DNA of 64,000 nt from Lingula anatina (taxonomy: Eukaryota; Animalia; Brachiopoda). This document shows, in pieces, positions 1 to 13,500 of this stretch. How positions within the stretch are numbered: position 1 is the first letter of the stretch; every line of letters begins with the position of its first letter. The notes under the pieces were generated by a model that worked only from the letters and a program-made list of their open reading frames with translations, searched no databases and was not told the origin of the DNA. The DNA lies in contig CM120641.1 of assembly GCA_051362555.1 (NCBI GenBank), positions 7,006,001 through 7,070,000 on the forward strand, read 5' to 3'. The position numbers and the translations under genes were made by a program.

Positions 1-32
1 CACATTTCAGACCCATCATAACCCACACTTAC

Positions 33-3000
33 CCTGTCCTCTATCTGCAGAAGGTTGGTCTGGCTGCAGGGGCACACCCGTCTCTGGTTGTGTTGGTTGA
101 GTTATCAAAGTCTCCTCTACCACAATCCCTGGCACACCATTGGGTCTCTCCGTTGGTCCACCACATTTCTCAACACACTCCTCTATGGTGTGGAAACTGT
201 TCCTGTTATGTTAAAATGCCAAAGGGTGGATGTATAACGTGGTAACAGAGATGAACCAATGTGGAATTATTTGCACTGAATGTATGACTGTCAATTTCTT
301 ATAATTTTCCTTTAAACTGAAAAGTAAGTGCTGCCCTGGTCAGATATGATAATGATCCAACACTGTGAATGCTAGGATGATTAAGGTTTAGTTGTGTTAT
401 TATTTTATTGTATCTGGAAAGAGTTTGTTAGATGTACTTCTAATAGGCGTGGGTGTGATCAATGCAATTGTGTTAGGTGTGATAGTGTTGGACAAATTGT
501 GGGTACATTTTTTTAGAATTAGAATGGGTATAAAAATATCATGTATGTACAAATCTTCTGTCAGCACCATCACCTATGAAATGGTGTGGACAGGGCAAGT
601 GCAGTCTTAATACTGTTCAACATACATATTGAGAATAATTGCGTTTAATTTGAATGGCATAAGTAATGAGTAAAGAAAATGGTTCAAATTACCTGTTGCC
701 ACCACAACCACCATAGAAGAAAGGCTTACACTTGCCCTCCTTGCTGTCATAGTAGTAAACCTGTGAGAAGGCCCTGCATGGACCCTGATCTTTGGGCAAC
801 TGGCACACATCTGCAACACATACGTAATAACTTGAGGGATGAAAATAAATGGATGACAAGTCTATCTTCAATGCACCCAATGTGTGCATAATCCCTTCTT
901 TTCTCACTGAAACTCATCAATATTTTTTGTGGTTTGAGTGGGACTTGCTCAAAAAAAAAAAAAAAAAAAAAAAAAAACAAAAACAAAAAACATAAAGTCA
1001 ATTAACTACATTTGAACAATATTTATACATTTTATCAATAGAAACCAATTTCAGCACAGACAATTTCTGGTTAATGAGATTAATATTTAAAGCTGAGCGA
1101 TTAATTAAACTAGCAAACCCATGCTTGCACATAAAGGAAAAGCACAAGAGGCAAAGCAAACTAAAAGCAGAATAATAAGCTTCTAATATTCAAGGGACAA
1201 ATTTGTTAGAAAACACATAGTACTGGTTCAAACTTTCAAAAACATTCTTCATATTACTCTGGAATTGAAATGTCTTGTGGTTTTTGAAATTCTGGCAGTT
1301 AACATTTGGAAGACTATGGGTTTTCCAACTGAGATGGCTACAATCTACCTGAAGAAGGCCCTACAAGCTGTCTATCTGCTATCCTGGTTGAACACTCAGC
1401 CATGCACTCTTCTTGGGTAAGGAAACGGTTGGAGTTACCCAAACAGCCACCATACTCAAACTGTGTACAATACCCCCAGGTGGCATTGTATGCCCAGTAA
1501 CTAAGGCTAGCCAAGCATGGTCCTGGGTCCTTGGGCAATAAACAGCGGTCTATGGTGATGACTGGGGAATGTTAAGTAAGTGGTAAGTCGGAAAATCATC
1601 TTGTCATTTGATCCACACTGGCAAGCAGGCACATACACTGAGGCATTGTTCACAACTGTTCTAACTAGTAATTAGTGTATGAGCTAACACTAGCACAGGT
1701 AATATCAGTCAAATGCTCAAAGCATTCTAATTTGATAAAGATAAAAGTAAAACATTCTTTTTTGGCCAAATTCATGACTGATTAGGTTAAAAGATTTCAC
1801 TTTAGATGCTAAAAAGTAATTTTATCCAAGAGTGTGTGTGTGTGCACACATGCTGCATGTGAGCGTGTGTGCATGTCAATTGCTTTCTGGAGAGTGTAGA
1901 TAGATTTCTTTCAATACATCTACTTTTTCCCCACTATGAGTGCATATCTAGCTATAGGCATAATACAGCAGAGTAAAGGAACATACTGAATAAAATACTA
2001 TATTGCAACAAAACAAGCAAAGAATATCAGCAGACAATATAACAGACGAGCATGCCTTAAACCATAGTGAATGACCAACAATGCAATGCCATGCCCATTT
2101 ACAAGGTTTATTCATTAAGGGTTTTTCTACTGATCTACAGAATATACATATTCACTTCTTGGTACTCTAAAATAATTAAATCCCACCATGAAATACGATA
2201 TTTCATACCAATTTTGTAGCTATTTCTAAGTTTACATACAGGGAGACAAGAAATAAGGAACTAAAGCAGTAACTACTACATGATTAACCTAAAAATTTTA
2301 CCTCCATCTTCCTGAACCTTTGCACTGGTAGTTGGGGTGACTTTGACACATTCACTTTCACATTCAGCCTTTGACTTGAAGTTGTTTTCATTGGCATTGC
2401 ATCCACCATATTGGAACAGCTCACAAAGCTTAATCTCTTGGTTATAGTACCAACGGGGCACCAAAGCTTTACATGGACCAACCTTTTTAGGTTGGCTGCA
2501 TTTTTCCAGTGTTAGAACTGGAAAATACCATGAAAATATATAATGTTCATCCACAAAATTTATTTAGAAGTATAATTTTGTCATGCTAAGGCAACTGCCC
2601 GTATACTGTTAATTTTTAGAAGTTTTTAAAAATTCAACTTGATTTAGCACATGAAGAAAAAATATAACACAGCAATATTGGTATTTTCATATTGCAACAA
2701 GTGGAACAGGCTCAAACTGTTCCAAAAATATATAACTCTTACCAGGTAATTTTGCTCCAGAGCATATCTGTAAGCATTCAGTTTGGGTGTCAAATCTGTT
2801 ACCATTTCCAAAACATCCACCAAAGTCAAACAGCTTGCACTGTCCATCCCTCTGGTCAAAGTACCATTTTCTAAACAGATCTTTACATGGCCCAGGGTCT
2901 TTGGGTAGGCTGCAGACTTCTATTTCAAAATTAAATATAAGTTTGATACTTAATTACATATATGTTTACAGGGTTTTCAAATAAGTTGTAGGAAGCACAT

Positions 3001-4581
3001 CTGGTGGATAGGTTGATATATAACTGTTTTAAAGCACCACCTACTGTGAAAGGAGTGTTTATTATAGATACTTGCTAAAGATTGCTGTCTCTTCATGACT
3101 CCTACGTATTTTAAGAATTAATGTTAAGGCTTTAAATTTATTCTCAAGAAGATCCAAACTTCAAAAATAATAACATGGTTGCACTGGGTATGCCAATTTC
3201 AATTAAAATATATTGGACTAAACCTTGACCACTGTTGTGCTTCCACAATCATGCAATTGTTATCAGTGTATAAGCTCATATTTCATCTCATACTTTGGTC
3301 TTTGCTGTAGCCTTCAAAACAGTTGTAGAAATGGTATATGTTGTCTTTGAATTTGTTATGTACATTTAACTTTTATTTAGATTTTGGCCACTTCATGGTA
3401 AGGCAGACTCTTACCTTGTGAAGCTTTCTTATGTGTGACTTTTGTCTCTTCCCTAATCTTCTTCAGACATTTTCTTTCACAGTCAGCTGATGTTAGGAAC
3501 CTGTTTTCATTGCCAAAACAGCCACCATATAAAAACTTGGAGCAGGTGCCAGTCCTGGTATCAAAGTACCACCTCCTGAAGGTACCCTTGCATGGACCAG
3601 TCACTTCTGGTAGTTTACAAGTGTCTGCAAAACATTTTAAGAAATGGCATCAGGCATTTTTCTAGGCAGGCAAATCTAACATAATTAAAATGTGTCTGTA
3701 CAGCTGTCAAAATAATAAATCTTACTTCAAAAGAAAGATCTTAAAGATTATAAAAAGTTGTTACTATCTTGAGTAAGCAAATTAGGGGTACATCATTTCA
3801 TAGCTGTGATTAAAAATTATTTCCTCTTAATGATGTGTGTTATATGATAATTTTACTTACCAACAGCAACATATTTCCTGCACGACTGTTCACAGGCATC
3901 ACGAGTCTCAAAGTTGTTCTTATTACCAAGACAACCACCATATGTGAATGTTTTACAAGACCTAGTCTTCTGGTCAAAATACCAGCGTGACAAGTTTTGC
4001 TGACACCCACCTCGTACCACAGGAAGCAGACAAACACCTGAAAAGAGATTATATTAAAATCAATCCATAAATGAGTTAATTTCTAGAATATTACTTTTTG
4101 ACATGAGAAATTATAAGTCAGATTAATCTAAATAAAATGTGTACGGTTCTAAACAATTGTCAAAGTTTCAGTTCTACCTAACAGAGCAGTTGGCAGAACA
4201 GCAGTAAGCAGAATCTAAATTTCTAACTGACAGCTATAGAATATGAAAAAATTATCTGAGTATAGGTCTGAAATATAGCTGTTTATCAGAAATATTGGAT
4301 CATAACTAGATAACATGTCAGAGAATCAACTTCCAAGAACATAAAATTATATTTTAAAGTGACATGCAGACACAACAGATATAATCACCACCCCTCTCAG
4401 TTACCTTCTCCTGGAGGTTCAACACACACTTCCTGACACTGTTCTCTGGAGTCAAAGCGATTGTCATTGCCATCACAGCCGCCATACCAGAACCTGTTAC
4501 AGCCACCATACGTGGTGTCAAAGAACCACTTCACCTTGAATCTGCGACATTTGCCCATCTGGCCAGGCATGGTACAGAAAT
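33..4581 (-). CDS. PAPLN: Papilin Kunitz/BPTI array (7 domains in 8 exons)
   Basis: Seven 6-Cys domains with F-x-(Y/F)-GGC-x-(G/A)-N-x-N-x-F motifs, e.g. [52 protein letters not shown]. Six are single phase 1-1 exons; the seventh is split across 693-810 and 33-202. Confidence 0.95.
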
Positions 4582-7500
4582 CTGATATGATAAATAAAAT
4601 ATTTTTTGTAATACACACTAATATAAAATTTCTGAAAAGACCTGCATTGTAATTTGAAGTTAAGATCAAAATAATAATTTCTACAGCATTAGATGAAAAA
4701 ATTAAGAGCAAAATTAACCCTAAAAATTAATTTTTTCTGAACAAAGGTCTTGCTAAAATATAAAAAATAATGACAGATCTTAAGAATTGACAGTCACAGT
4801 GTTGTCTTCCTACCCTTAACATACAGCACACCATCACATCCCTCAAGATCTGGTCCTGTTGCTGCCACCACACTGTTTGGACAACAACCAAATGTACTCC
4901 TCACACAAGCTGGAGAAAAACAAGTTAAACAATATAATTGCACAGTAAGCAATATAAATACATATTGTGACAACTGCTTGCATTTTGTGAAAATTCCTAC
5001 ACACTTTTGACTGTAATTTGGTAAACGCTTCTTACCCATTTCAAAAATTCACAACAGGTCATGAAAAATATCTTTTTGTTTAAACAAACCAAAAAAAAAA
5101 ACAACAAAAAATCCAGAAACCAACCTAAAATAAACAAGTATTATTTGAAATATATTAACTAACACACCCCAATGTCTATAATTCCAAAAGTAACAACTTA
5201 CAGACTGTATCTCTATCTATACATCCAGCAAACTGTGTGCCCTGAGCTGCAGTGGCGCCATCTGGACAACATCCATAGAATGTCACGTCACACCCTGGTA
5301 AACTGGTGTCTTCCTCAGGCAAGCACCCAGCAAAACCTAATTTTTTTTTTTACAATTATCATTTAAGAATCCCATCAGAATTAATTGAATAAGATAAAAT
5401 CAGGGAACCTGTAACTTAAGTTTTATTAATTCTGCTGATCCAACTGACAGCGATATCTCAAAGGAAAACCATGTATCAGTGATGCAAAATTAAACATTGC
5501 TAGGGAAATTTTTTGTGATATTAATGAAACAGAATCAGAAAAGGTGTATCATTTACTATGCTTGCAGCTAAAGGTTTACTAGGTGAACCACAAGACCAGT
5601 ATTAGTTTGGTATAAGTCAACAGCAAAACTTACCTGGTCCCTGTGATGGTGTTTTCTGGTCTGGGCAGCAGCCAAAGAAAGTGTGGGAGCAGTTCACTGC
5701 TGCATGTGTCACTGCCACCTCATTGGAGCTGTCAATGACCGGCTGTGTCTCTGGACAACCTTCCTTGCCTGGTCCTCTAGCAGACGTCACACCATCAGCA
5801 CAGCAGCCATGCTGGGTTCCTGCACAGCCACCAACAAGTTTCTGCGCAGAAAATACATTACATTGGTAAATGGTTAATCCAAGTGTGTTATTCAGATATC
5901 GGGGAAAGGCAAACTTTTCAAACATTTTTTCTAACAATCATGCCTAAATCTTTACAGATAAAGGGCCATATGTGCTATTTCAAATTGCTACCCAGGTCTG
6001 GAGATGCAAAAACTCATTGTTTCATAACTCTACCAATTATTTCTCCCTCTAGCAAAGGTAAAACAAAAGCTTACTGTTTCTGGACATCCAGCCTTATTTG
6101 GACCAAGAGCAGTTGTTTCCCCATCAGCACAGCAGCCATGTTGTGTTCCTGCACAGCCACCAACCAGCACAGGACAACCAAGTTTGTCTTCATCTAGAGC
6201 AGCTGTTATACCATCCTCACAACAACCAAACTGAGTTCCTTGACAGCCGCCAACAAGTTCCTTCAGGACACAAAAAATGAAGAGGAAATAAACACCACAT
6301 TATAAAAAACAAATGTTCTCTCTTGTACTCTGTATCCAATCCCTCGTATAAGAATATGAATAAATTAATAAATTAAGAAATTAAGAAAAGCATTAAAATA
6401 TTCAAGAAGATGTTCAGGAAAAGTAGTCCATGCACTATGTGTAATAGTTTTAAGTACCTTCTCCGGGCAACCTTCTTGATCTGGTCCACTGGCAAATGTC
6501 AGGCCATCAGCACAGCAGCCATGCTCAGTACCTGCACAGCCACCGACAATTTCCTAGAAATACATGTTTGCAAGTTATTGTTTAATGATAGATTTTTTAA
6601 AAATAATGGGATAAATAATGGTTGAAAAAACTGAATATTTCTTCATAAATATCTATACTGAATACTGAATGATGTTGGATACAAATGTAGCATACCACTT
6701 CAGGACACCCAGCCTTATCAGGTCCCAGTGCAGACGTCACACCATCAGCACAGCAGCCATGTTGGGTACCTCCACAACCACCAACAAGTTTCTGAAAAAA
6801 AAAATTATATAAGGTTTATTTATCCAAAGACTAAATTTCAATATATAAAAACTCTGTCTACTTTCATCCTTAAAAAAATAAAATCATTTAAAGCAACTAA
6901 AAATGAAATCAATTTCTGGGTGTCACCCTGGTATAAATAATTTGTAAGGTGCCAGTATCTACCATCATTTCCATTAAGTGAAATACTTAACAAAGCTTAC
7001 TGTTTCTGGACATCCAGCCTTATTTGGACCAAGAGCAGTTGTTTCCCCATCAGCACAGCAGCCATGTTGTGTTCCTGCACAGCCACCAACCAGCACAGGA
7101 CAACCAAGTTTGTCTTCATCCAGAGCAGCTGTTACACCATCCTCACAACAACCAAACTGAGTTCCTTGGCAGCTGCCCAACAAAACCTGGAGAGACAAAT
7201 TGTACTTTATACAACTTTGCAAATCTTAATTTTTGTAAAAAATTATTTGTTCTAAACTTTGTTATTGTCCCACTTCCATTGTAAAACATAACAGGTGCAT
7301 CGAAGAAATGCAATACTTCCATGGTCTGACATTTAATTAAAATCGTTACAAAATAATCATGTTCAAAATCATAATCAAATCTGCACCATAAAAATATATG
7401 TTGCTCTATGTTGCTTCCCATACCTCATTACTGCCACTGTCGGGCACCATGTCACTGCTGCCATCTGGTGTAAACACCTCAGTGACATCTGGTGGGAGTG

Positions 7501-10500
7501 GTGTTGAGGCAGACAGTGGAGTGGTGGCTACTGGTATGCTGGTTTCTACTGTTGTTAGGACCTCCACACCTGGGGTTGGTTTTAGTGCAGTAGGAACATA
7601 GGGTCCAGCAATCTGCCAATACAAACTTTATTATAAGACGTCTACTTCAAATAACCCTGACACTTTGATATGTACAAATAGATTCATTAAAATTTACATG
7701 ATTGTATAGATGTTTGTGAAATTAAGTCTATGGGTCCTTTTGTGGTAAATATTTGTTCCCATAATATGTTGGTCTACAGTCACCACATCAGTTGCAGTGG
7801 AAAAGTATAAATGATCTTGAGTTTATATTTTTCAATTTATCTTTAAAAAATGAAACAGCAACTGAAAGAATTTGGTAGCTTTTCTAAAATATTTCAATTC
7901 TCAGGATCTAAAAAAATTGCAAGACAATGAAATTATCTTAATGATAGCACTTGCCTTCTTAGTGGTTTGTTCTATTTCCTTCCCAGTGGGTGTTCTTATT
8001 GTGGTCACTGTAAGGCAGCCCTCCTTCTGTGGTCCCTGAGCAGCTGTGACACCATCATCACAGCAACCATAAATGGTGTTCTCACACTCTTCAACTTCAC
8101 CTGATCCATCTTCACAACCAGTGCCATTAGGACCTACAATATCAATTGATTAATTTTTTATCACTGTTATTCTTCAACTATACTATCACCTATATCAAAA
8201 ATATTTTAATTATTGTCCTTTAATTTGGAGAACAGCTTTTATTCCCTCATAATTAACCAACTTGACAGACTGCTTTGTGAGAATGATTTTAAGCCAAGCT
8301 TCATATTCAAAAATACATAGACAACAGGACTGGTATACAAATACATATTAATCCAGTTCATATCAATCATCCCAATGTGTGCAAGAATTCTTGTACAGTA
8401 ATTTCCTTACCCAGAGCAGCTGTTATCCCATCAGGACAACACTTAAATTCAGTGTACTCACACAAATCTTCTGCATCAAATCCATTCAGCAAACTTGGTT
8501 TGGTTACAACCAACTCTCGCAGCTTCTTTCCTGACTCCACATTTTCATAAGTCTTCTCCCTTCTGCAGCCAAAATGGTTCAAACCTTGCGCTGGGATCAC
8601 TCCATCTGGACAACAACCATACGCCATATTACCACAGTCCTGCTGCGTGGACTGAGGGCAGCCATCACCCTTGGCGTTATCTTTGGGTGTGATTTCATCC
8701 AAGCAGCAGCCATATTTGGTTTCCTAGAAAAGGAAAATTATGACTTATACGACTGTTCAAACAAGTTTTTTTTACATCAAATCTGCAACTCATGTTATAA
8801 TACTGATAAGTAAACATACATCCTAGAAAATTCAATCTAGACAGTCAGTATCAATATCCTACAATAAATAGACCATTCTTTCTGAAAATGCAATTTATTA
8901 AGAATTTCATATTGGTCAATAAAAAATAAAAACTTACCTTGCATGTGAACTTTGGGCAACCCTTCATAAAAGGGCCTTTGGCACTAGTCACTCCATCTAA
9001 ACAGCAGCCAAATTCAGACGTCTGGCAGCCTACTTGTTCCACAACATCAACATCCTCACAACCTTCAAAGTCTGGTCCCAATGCCTCTGTCACATCATCT
9101 GGACAGCAGCCATATTTTGACCCTTTGCAGCCAACTGAATTCAAACAAGATATATATACACATTGTATACACCAAAATTCAAGCAACATGGTACATATAG
9201 CTTAAATAAGGTTTCACACATCCAGAGAAATCAATTGCGGTTTGAGTTCAAATATCAGTGAACACATTGTGAAAAACAACAATAATTTATTAAAGCTCTG
9301 TGGCTAGCATCTTGTTGACGAAAGGATGTTGACTCAGGTATTCACTTAACATATATAATTATATCCTTTAATTCTTCTTAATCTGATTACTTTAGCGACT
9401 GAGCATGGTAGGTCTCACTTACCCACAGAGCAAGGTAAAATATTGCAGACCTCCTTTGCAAATGGTTCAGGTTGCCCGCTACAAGAGGAAGCATCCACCT
9501 GTTTGCTCAACTTGGGGGAGTAGCATATCACTGTCCTGCCTTTGACGCCTCCAGCACAGGGCATGGAACACTAGAAACACACAGACAGGGGAGGGATTTA
9601 CATAAAAAAAGCACATGCATGTCACACACATACCAGCATAATGCTGGTTATTGTATTATAAAGAAAAAAAAAGTTCAAACAGCAAAAAGTTCGTCAGAAT
9701 ATTTACTGGAGAGTATTCCACAAGTTTTAACACCTTTCACCAAATATCTAATTTATAATTATTTTATTAAATTCAAAGTCTTATATACAGTTGAGATCTT
9801 CAAGGCATATGACCAAAAAAATTTTTTGGGTGTCAACCATATTCCCTCAACACACCTTATCCCATGGCCCACTGAACCACATAGCATCACACGGCCCCTT
9901 GGAGCACTTCTGCTGTTCAACAGGCTTCTTGGCAATGTCACAGTCATCATCTGAGACCTCCTGGCTGTCTCCAGTGCTATGGTCTACCCTGATACAGCGC
10001 ACTGACCGCGTCTGGACACCATGACCACAGCTGGATGAACACTGGAAGATGGGAACAATTACATTTAAATGTGATTTTTTCTTGAGAAATAAGTATTTTT
10101 TTTCTTTCTTTTACTTTTATTTTCTTTCTTTCTTTTTTTTTTTGTAAGATTCTGTTTAATGCTCCTAAAGACATGCCAGCCTCAACTGGCTTAACAGACT
10201 AATATTCAGAGTCATAACTAAAAATTAAATTGTTAAAGAAGTAAAAAAGAGAAATTTTGTTGAATGGGAAATTTGCCATTTTGCATGTTAGACTATTTTT
10301 TAATTTTAGATAGAAAAACGGATTTTGAGAAATGGTCAAATAACGCTGTATGAAGTTTTGAAACATCTTATCTAATATGTAATCATAACAAAACACAGAA
10401 GCACATATATCTGTATTAATTTTTAAGCTTACGGTAATGTGCCAAGCATTTCGACGGGCCCAGTCAATCCGACCACAAAAATTATTTTATAAAATTAATT

Positions 10501-13500
10501 TTTCTGGGCTCAAACAATTAGTCCATACGTCAAAATCATGGGACAGAATTTTTTTCTTGTTCCGATTGTTCGACCACATCGTCGACAAGACTCGGTAAAT
10601 TTTCAAGCCAGTGAAATAGATGCTGCATGCCTCGGCCCTTTGTCAATTGTTGTCCTTTCAATAGTTCTCGTTAATGAGGAAGAAACAATTAATTGAAGAT
10701 CTAATCATCACGCCCGTAACTGGGGAGGGGGGGGGGGGGTTAAAAAAAGGTTTATTCTGGATGAAACCAAATATCGACAGTGGGTAGAATACGTCGTAAA
10801 CACCTTCGTATAGACCATATATCGCGTTTGCTAGCAATAAAAAGTTTGGGAAGAATAAGCAATTTATTTTCAAGTTCGATTGAAATATATATGCAGATGG
10901 GGAAACGTTCTTTAAGTCAACACCGCAAGATCTTACATTTACTACAATCGACCGAAAGATCAGCAGGATCGACCGCCCAGACTTCTTGGCGCCAAATACC
11001 ACGCGCTGTCAAAATCTGACGAACACGTGTAGCTGTTCACCTACATGGATAACTGATTTGCCAACAATAAAAATGATGTCTTTCTTAATTCCATGGGAGC
11101 TTCATAGAGAGTTCCACTGGGTATTTACGTTACCTGTGAGCCACTTTCAATTTCCCCAGATGCATGAAATGTTGATAATATTTAGTGTAATCCACTACCC
11201 CCCTCCCCCAAAATGGGACCGTCTTCATTAACATGTGGTTTGCGCTATGCTGGAGCAGACCAGATAAAACCAGTCTCTCATTTCTGCATGTGCTGAATTC
11301 TCACGTCAAATTATAAATGCACCTGTTTTGTGAAAATTATGGCAAGTAAATGTTTTTTTTTTACGTTCGGGTTGTATCAGTGGGGTTTTCAATATGCACC
11401 GTGGTTTGTGCACAGCAAGAGTATATAAGTAAGAAAATCGGAAGAGTGCCAGCAAGATACTGTATGTCTATCGGCACAGGTACGCTCCGTATTTTGCCTT
11501 TTCTCAATATGTTTTTATATGACATGCTTTTTAAATAAAATACTTAATAGTAATTTGAAGTTACACTGATTTCCGTTTGAGTACCAGTTGGTATTCTTTG
11601 ATACGGGTGATTGAATTTTCTTCGGAAGTACCTACGTCTACGCCTCGACGCTGAGCAAGCCTTGCGGGTTGAAAACAGCTGAACTCAGACTGGTAAAAAA
11701 TTTCAATTCGGTTGATTTCAGTTGTCATATTAAAATTCAAATAGGGCGTACATAGATCACATAACTAGTTTAAGTCCACTAAAGCTACCGGTTTCAAATA
11801 TAAGTGACCGGCCTTTGTTTACAACACCTGTCTCCGGGGAAATACTCGCCCCACTTGTGAAGCGCATTATGAAAGTGATCGTAGGTGAGGGAAATATATA
11901 ATTAAAAATTATAATTGTCGTCTTTTTTTAATGTTAAGTAATGTTAGCACATATTGTACACAGCAAAATAAGATTTCAGGAGGATAAAACATGCCTGAAA
12001 CACGTGTTAGGCGAAAATTGCGGCTTATCTTGCGTAACACTTCCGGTAAAATGCAATACTTTCGGAAAGATGGACGTTTTGGCAGATGCCCCTAACAATC
12101 CGATGATATCAAAGGTTTCCATTTGCTGTATTTTAATCAATTCGACCAAACTGACATTTCCATGAAATTAATTAATTAATCTTGGTCGAATTGTTTGGCA
12201 TATTACCGTAATATTGGCAAACTTTACCTTTGCCCAGTCAGACACATGCCACATAGGACTACACAGGGCCTGGTTCTGACATGGCCGAGAACTGTCTGGC
12301 TTCCTTGCAGCATCACAGAGGTCTTCATCCTGGTGCTTGCTTGTCTTATCTACACACATCACCTCTCTGGACTGCATGCCCATACCACAGTCCCCTTCAC
12401 ACTGGAATATTACAGGCACAATTCTCCACTCCATTTACTTAATAATTAAAATCAGAGTTTGTTGTCTTTGTAGAATTTGCCTTGATTTTGCATACACAAC
12501 ACCACCTTAGTTCTAAAATTTCTCTAAAATGGGAAAGTTGTTAAATGCGAGATATGAGGCCTGGTAAACATGATTTAATGAGTTATCAGGTATTACATTG
12601 CAAGCTCTGTACTTTCCAAGGGAATACATGATTGTTGGCAAGGTTCATTACCAAATACAATCAGGATATTTTCTAATATTTTTAGGACAGATTATTTCCT
12701 TAAGATGTTTCTAGAATAATAATAATAATAATAATAACCTGAGACCACTCAGACACTGCCCACTCGACTCCGTCACAAGGCACTTGATAACATGCCTCTG
12801 TCGTGTTTGGACGTGCAGACTCGTTGCACATGTTGTCGGGAAGCATGCTGCTGACTGCACCAGGGATGGCGTGCTGTGCCACACATACCACCTGTCTTGT
12901 CTTCTGGCCCTCACCACACACTGTGTTACACTAATATAGAAGCAGAATTGAGAAAATCTACTTCAGATTTATTAAAATAACTTAACATTATTATTTTGTA
13001 TTGCAGAGCATCTCTTATGTACTTTATACAATCTGGTTTTACTACCAAAATGTTACAGTAACACATTATTTTTTTCTAGTAACAAAATATAATCCTTACT
13101 ATTTCTTTAGAAAAAACAACAAAGTTTATCAAACTTTTGTTGGCTAACAATGTAGAAAATGATATAGAAATCACAATCTTGCCTAAAAACCACATGAAGG
13201 AATTACCCACCAAAGACCACTCGCCAATCTGCCATGTTGGACAAGGGATATCAGTATTGCACTGCCTTTGATAGGAGGGTCTTCGTCCCACTGACTCATA
13301 GCACCTTTTGTCATCTAGCACCACGGGGAGATTATCCCCATCTTCATCCACCATCTGACAAAATACATTACGGAACTGGTATCCCCCATCACATGTCTGA
13401 GTACAGGGATTCCATTGACCTACATGCCACCTGAAGGAATATGATCAGTGTAAATTATGCTAAAATCTCACAATTGGAAAATGGTAAAAAAAGGAAGGTA

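Noticed and set aside
5634-7186. Regularly spaced similar blocks resembling a repeat-spacer (CRISPR-like) array
   Set aside because: The blocks are spliceosomal exons with GT-AG boundaries in an animal gene; no cas genes.
55-10024. Numerous plus-strand ORFs (e.g. 6978-7160, 8939-9205, 9472-9954)
   Set aside because: They are antisense shadows of papilin exons, with no independent domain signature.
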